From Anthoceros angustus (taxonomy: Eukaryota; Plantae; Anthocerotophyta), in contig VJWM01000117.1 of the NCBI GenBank assembly GCA_010909165.1, positions 124,001 through 188,000 of the forward strand: 64,000 nucleotides of DNA. The letters are read 5' to 3'. The position numbers were made by a program, and so were the translations under genes. The notes under the pieces are model-generated. The model made no database searches. It saw nothing but the letters and a program-made list of their open reading frames with translations, and had not been told where the DNA came from. This document shows, piece after piece, positions 58,480-64,000 of this stretch. Numbering within the stretch: the stretch's first letter is position 1; each line of letters starts with the position of its first letter.

Positions 58480-60821
58480 ACTCGGGTACTTTGAAGAATG
58501 ACATCTGCGACAGTATTTGGCGGATGTCATTTCGAATGATTCCCTCCTGTCTCATTTTCACCAGCAGGGCATCATTCCTTCTTCAACTCCAAGCTTCTGC
58601 ATGGGCATGTTGTTGGAGATGGTTGAGATGGTTTAGAGTCTAACAGTTCTTGGCAAGTACTGTTATCAAAGCGGTGGTGAAGTGAGGGAGTATTGAAGAT
58701 GCCCTCGGTTTGTTCCAGGGTTGGCCAAACCGGACAGTTTTCTCCTGGACTTCAGTCATCACAGGATCTAGGCAGGATCTGTCAGAAGGCTCGCAGAATG
58801 TCTCTGCAGATGCTATAGGAAGTGGTGCAGTCGAGCATGTACACTCAAAGCATGTGGTAGCGCATGTAGAGCTTACGAATCCCCATGCAGATATATGAGC
58901 TGGAGGTGCGGGTCTGATCATTTGTTGATACTACTTTGTCATGTGTGCAGGATCTGGGAGTGTTGAAATGCACATGTGGTGTTTGATAATTAGTGCCGAC
59001 GTGATGTGGTGTCATGGAATGTATTAATTGCAGGAATTGCTCAGCAGGGATTCGCAACTGTACAGCTGAATGGAACACCAAAGTGTAGGACCAAATAGTC
59101 TCACCTTCGTCAGACTGCTAAAAGCATGTGCAATGATAGCTGACATGGAAGTGGAAGGACCTGTATCTGGAAACAAAGTAAAGGTGGAAGCGCTGAAACA
59201 AGGTCAGGTTATTCATGCTGATATGGTTAGAACGGGATTGGCATCGAATGAGTGCTCTTATTTTGTCTGCAAGCTATGCTTATTGAGTGCACAGGATGTG
59301 TTCGAGAATCTGTCAAGTCAGAACGTAGTGTCATGGAGTGCGATGCTTGCAGGATATACCCAGCTAAAATAGCCGACAAGGCCCTGCAAATTTATGGGTT
59401 TAGGGTTGAGCAAGGCGTGAAACCTATGAGAGGACCTTTGTCACTGCACTCTAAGCATGTTGTAGTCCTGCAGCTTGTGAACAAAGCGCAAGGGTAGATG
59501 TTATGTTCATGAAAATAGGGTTATTGCAGAAGGGGAAGTTCATGCATGCGGATGCGATTGAAAGGGGGAATTCATCAGTTGTTTCACTATGTAGCTCTCT
59601 CATTAACTAGTATGCGACTTGTGGAGCAATTCAATTGCACAACAATGTATTTTCATAGCAGCACATGCGCAACAACCCAGGGGTGGCAGGTTGTTGCAAC
59701 TATATGCAGAAATGCGGCACAAGGAAGCAGATTCAATGAGTGGACCGTTTTTCCGGTGCTTGAAGGCTGTGACTCTTTGGCTGACTTGGGAGCAGGAATT
59801 AACATTGGAGGATAGCCAATCAAAGAGGCTTGTGGCAGGCCAAGATGGTTCACTCTGAAGCTTTTAGCAAAGCACATGAGTTGAATACGTGTGCTGCGAG
59901 CACCCTGGTCCAAGCTTATGCGCATCATGGGAGCCTAGTGGATGCATACCACGTATTTAATGCAATGTCTCATGGTGACCTCTGGTGTGGGATGCAGTGT
60001 TGGCGTGATATGCTCAGTTGGGGTCAGATGAGAAATAGCTGGCGTTTTATGCAAAAATGCAGGTATGTGGTGAGGCATCAGATGACTGGACTTTTGCCAG
60101 CTTATTCAAAGCATGCAGTAGCTTTGCAAATTTAGAGAAAGGCACACTCGTGGATAGGATACACAATCAAATTCCTGTCTTGACTTAAGTGGAAGGATAC
60201 GCACGTGGAAGTTTTAAACAGGGAATATACTGCTGGCCTGGTTGTTGGCATCCCTCTTATCAACATGTATGTAAGCTGTTGAAGCTTGGTGGACGTGCGG
60301 CTTCTATTTGACTCATTGTTGAATGTGGTTTCATGGACTGCAATGCTTGCCGGTTATGCTCAGTAGCTGCAGGGTGAGACGGATGATTATATAGAATGGA
60401 TTGGTGGATGTGCTCAGCAGGATGACGGAAAGAAGGCTCAGCAACTTTATGCTCAAATAGTTCATCGCCCCACTGCAGACAAAGGCTGTCTAGCCAAATG
60501 AGACCACTTTTTGGGGCGTCCTGAAAGCACGTGGTAGCACCGAAAGTTTGCAGCAATATTCTCCGTGAGATGGTCGAAAGTGGATATGTTCAAACCATTG
60601 CCCTTGCGATCGCTCGTCCATGCTTCTGGCAAATGTGGGAGCACGAAGCGTGCTCGACAGGTTTTGTACTCTCATCTCCAAAGCTCTTCATCCGACGTGA
60701 GCCTGCAATGCTCGATGCGAATGAAGCAAGCAGGAGTAGAGCCAGATCGAGGCACTTGTATCTCGATCCTCTCATTCAACAGCCATGTGAGCCTAGAATC
60801 CATGCCATGAGATGGCGTTGA
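58480..60821 (+). pseudogene. PLS-class pentatricopeptide repeat (PPR) gene, frameshifted (pseudogene or consensus errors)
   Basis: Repeats 'GSIEDALGLFQGWPNRTVFSWTSVITG', 'GPNSLTFVRLLKACA', 'AQDVFENLSSQNVVSWSAMLAGY', 'STLVQAYAHHGSLVDAYHVFNAM', 'LVHASGKCGST..ARQV', 'MKQAGVEPDRGTCISIL'. Confidence 0.82.
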
Positions 60822-62305
60822 CACTGTTGGAACAGACCAGCACATTAGCTTCCAATGAAATTGAACTACGAGAAATTAATACAATGGAACGCATTAAACT
60901 CCAAGTTTACACGTGTGACTCTGTAGAAGGTTGTGCTGGTTCCCCGTGACTACGTAGAGCACAGTGGAGGAACGTTGATACTTGTTGCAGAGTATTCCGT
61001 AGATGACCCTCCGGGAACCTCATGGAGCTACTTGCTGCCTAGTATCTTCGATGGCATAAGTTACATTACATACGGTACTCTATGCAAAGTATCCTTTAGA
61101 CGACCCTCCAAAATCATGGAGCCTAGTGGATGCATACCACGTATTTAATGCAATGTCTCATGGTGACCTCTGGTGTGGGATGCAGTGTTGGCGTGATATG
61201 CTCAGTTGGGGTCAGATGAGAAATAGCTGGCGTTTTATGCAAAAATGCAGGTATGTGGTGAGGCATCAGATGACTGGACTTTTGCCAGCTTATTCAAAGC
61301 ATGCAGTAGCTTTGCAAATTTAGAGAAAGGCACACTCGTGGATAGGATACACAATCAAATTCCTGTCTTGACTTAAGTGGAAGGATACGCACGTGGAAGT
61401 TTTAAACAGGGAATATACTGCTGGCCTGGTTGTTGGCATCCCTCTTATCAACATGTATGTAAGCTGTTGAAGCTTGGTGGACGCGGCTTCTATTTGACTC
61501 ATTGTTGAATGTGGTTTCATGGACTGCAATGCTTGCCGGTTATGCTCAGTAGCTGCAGGTGAGACGGATGATTATATAGAATGGATTGGTGGATGTGCTC
61601 AGGATGACGGAAAGAAGGCTCAGCAACTTTATGCTCAAATAGTTCATCGCCCCACTGCAGACAAAGGCTGTCCTAGCCAAATGAGACCACTTTTGGGGCG
61701 TCCTGAAAGCACGTGGTAGGAAAGTTTGCAGCAATATTCTCCGTGAGATGGTCGAAAGTGGATATGTTCAAACCATTGCCCTTGCGATCGCTCGTCCATG
61801 CTTCTGGCAAATGTGGGAGCACGAAGCGTGCTCGACAGGTTTTGTACTCTCATCTCCAAAGCTCTTCATCCGACGTGAGCCTGCAATGCTCGATGCGAAT
61901 GAAGCAAGCAGGAGTAGAGCCAGATCGAGGCACTTGTATCTCGATCCTCTCATTCGGCAGCCATGTGAGCCTAGAATCCATGCCATGAGATGGCGTTGAC
62001 ACTGTTGGAACAGACCAGCACATTAGCTTCCAATGAAATTGAACTACGAGAAATTAATACAATGGAACGCATTAAACTCCAAGTTTACACGTGTGACTCT
62101 GTAGAAGGTTGTGCTGGTTCCCCGTGACTACGTAGAGCACAGTGGAGGAACGTTGATACTTGTTGCAGAGTATTCCGTAGATGACCCTCCGGGAACCTCA
62201 TGGAGCTACTTGCTGCCTAGTATCTTCGATGGCATAAGTTACATTACATACGGTACTCTATGCAAAGTATCCTTTAGACGACCCTCCAAAATCTCATGGA
62301 GCTAC
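59926..62305. repeat. Tandem duplication (~1.19 kb x2) of the PPR 3' part and downstream flank
   Basis: 59926-61115 is repeated at 61116-62305; junction aaaatcatggagcctagtgg. Confidence 0.92.
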
Positions 62306-62705
62306 TTGCTACCTAGTATTTCATACGGCGAACGCTAGACATCTCCACAAAGAACGTTAGATATCTCCACAGAGTTTTAGCAGCACGCGTCTCAAGACAG
62401 CCTGGCAACCTTGCCACCTACAACTTTAGATAGCAGACGTTGAATATCTCTACAGAGTTATTGCGACACACGCCCCGAGATAGCTGCGATACCCGACGTC
62501 CGATGTGTGCTCTATATAAACAGCGTATGTGATGTCCTACTATGGACAAGGAGAAAAATGCGGACTCCCCCGCTTAGGAAGGTAATAGACCGTTTTTTTT
62601 GTTTTTCGTTAGTGTTGGGCGGGAAATAAGGCGGAAAAAGGGGAAATAAGGTTGAATAAGGGGAATGATGATGGACGGCAGGAAGTGATGAGGGCGGGTA
62701 GCAGG

Positions 62706-62800
62706 AAACTCCGGAGTAGGCCACTCCGCAGTAAACGCCGGAGTAGGCCACACCCGACTAAACTCCGGAGTAGGCCACTCCGGACTCAACTCTGGAGTAG
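62706..62800. repeat. Four ~27 bp tandem repeats with palindromic core ACTCCGGAGT
   Basis: aaactccggagtaggccac-type units at 62706, 62733, 62760 and ~62788. Confidence 0.85.
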
Positions 62801-64000
62801 AACGCAATAAGTCCGCCGGGAAAAGTAACTTCGGAAAAGGGATGGAGCGCATAGGCAAGGGGGCCACGTGGACGGTGTTGAGAGGAGGACGGGCATGCAG
62901 GGGACCAGGACCACAGGGTTGTCAGCGGCCGTTATGGGCAGGTAACCACGACCCAAGGACATGTACCAGGGAGGCGGTGGCGTAAGGCTAGAGTACATGA
63001 TGCCGGACTCTGGCAGTTACAAGCCGAAGGACGTGTTCCGTGCTTGCGATTACTCCGACCGAGAAGGTCATTCTCTCGACCGACTTCCCGACAGTTTTCG
63101 CAGTCACTTGCACTCATGCATCCCGCTCTCTGGCGCTCTCTCTTCCGATGCCCAAGCGTACCTCCGAGCCGGAGGCTACTACGACGGGGAGGGAGATAGT
63201 GGTCGTCGCTCCAGCAGCCCAGCAACCTGCTCCGGTCCAAGCCACCGAGCCTCGTGTTGGATTAATAACCACGACGGTTAAATATCCCACTTACTTTTAG
63301 GTTATGCTATTTAGGGTTATTAGGCTACTTTTGTATATAACATTTTTCTGCTCATTATTAAATACACATCGTTTTATTTCCATTGCTCGCATGCCTCGCA
63401 TCGGCCTTTCTTGCTAGATGCATGAGGTATCTCCACATGGTATCGAGCACCTTGATGGTGTCTCGAATCCTTTGTATCTTGCAATGCCTCGTGGTCGTGG
63501 AGAACGTGTGTTCTCGCGTGGTGAATTTCCTTCAAGGCACCATGGACCACTAATCTCTCCACCACTCCCAAGCGCCTGGATTGCATTTTTCTCGATAATT
63601 ATCGAGAAATAATCCGGCGATGTCGGAAGAGGCGATCGCGAGCAAAGAAGGCTCCATAATTTTAAAGCAGAGCAAAGATTAAATAGACATCAAGAAGTTC
63701 AGCTTGTGGAAGTCACTCCAAACAAGTGACCAAGAATCGACAATTTAAAACACAATCTAAATATCAGCATTTAGACAATAAAAATGCGATCTAATTTGGA
63801 GTTTCTTGATGATGCTATAGAAGGCGAAGATTTTGATTGAAAATCCGCACATGAGGATATCCATTCTCTTGTAGAATCTCATTGTAATCGGATTGAAAAA
63901 TGTGTGGCTCAATTGCGTGCAAGCAGGACATTTTTCTAGAGGCTTTGCATGAGCAAGAGAAGCGCACCAACGTGCACTTAATTGCCCGCAAGTGTTTTCG

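Overview
Eukaryotic, land-plant nuclear DNA with compact genes, short GT-AG introns, roughly balanced GC and a PLS-class PPR gene. This fits a non-seed plant such as a hornwort (inference only). The left side holds the 3' end of a degenerate CRE-like non-LTR retrotransposon with a restriction-like endonuclease (RLE), then mitochondrial ribosomal protein S9 head-to-head with URB1/Npa1, then a GH27 (APSE/At3g26380-like) glycosidase whose exon 2-3 block is triplicated. The middle (~20.9-55 kb) is a nested transposon island. An outer SWIM-type MULE carries a second MULE (TSD CTCTCCGT) in its left TIR, and an Athila-like Ty3/gypsy element (TSD AAGGC, very long LTRs) splits its transposase. A minisatellite holding tandem ~210-bp (TTC)n-tailed elements and an RT-deleted Ty1/copia element follow. 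The right side has adenine phosphoribosyltransferase, a small membrane protein, a frameshifted PPR gene and a repeat-rich unidentified terminus. Three observations stand out: (1) an apparent protein-coding gene inside the U3 of the gypsy LTR; (2) a short dispersed and tandem element whose 3' end mimics that of the CRE-like LINE, a candidate LINE/SINE pair; (3) about 12 microhomology-joined tandem duplications of 0.2-2 kb, probably assembly or amplification artefacts but testable. Repeat regions are full of small indels, so many apparent frameshifts may be consensus errors.
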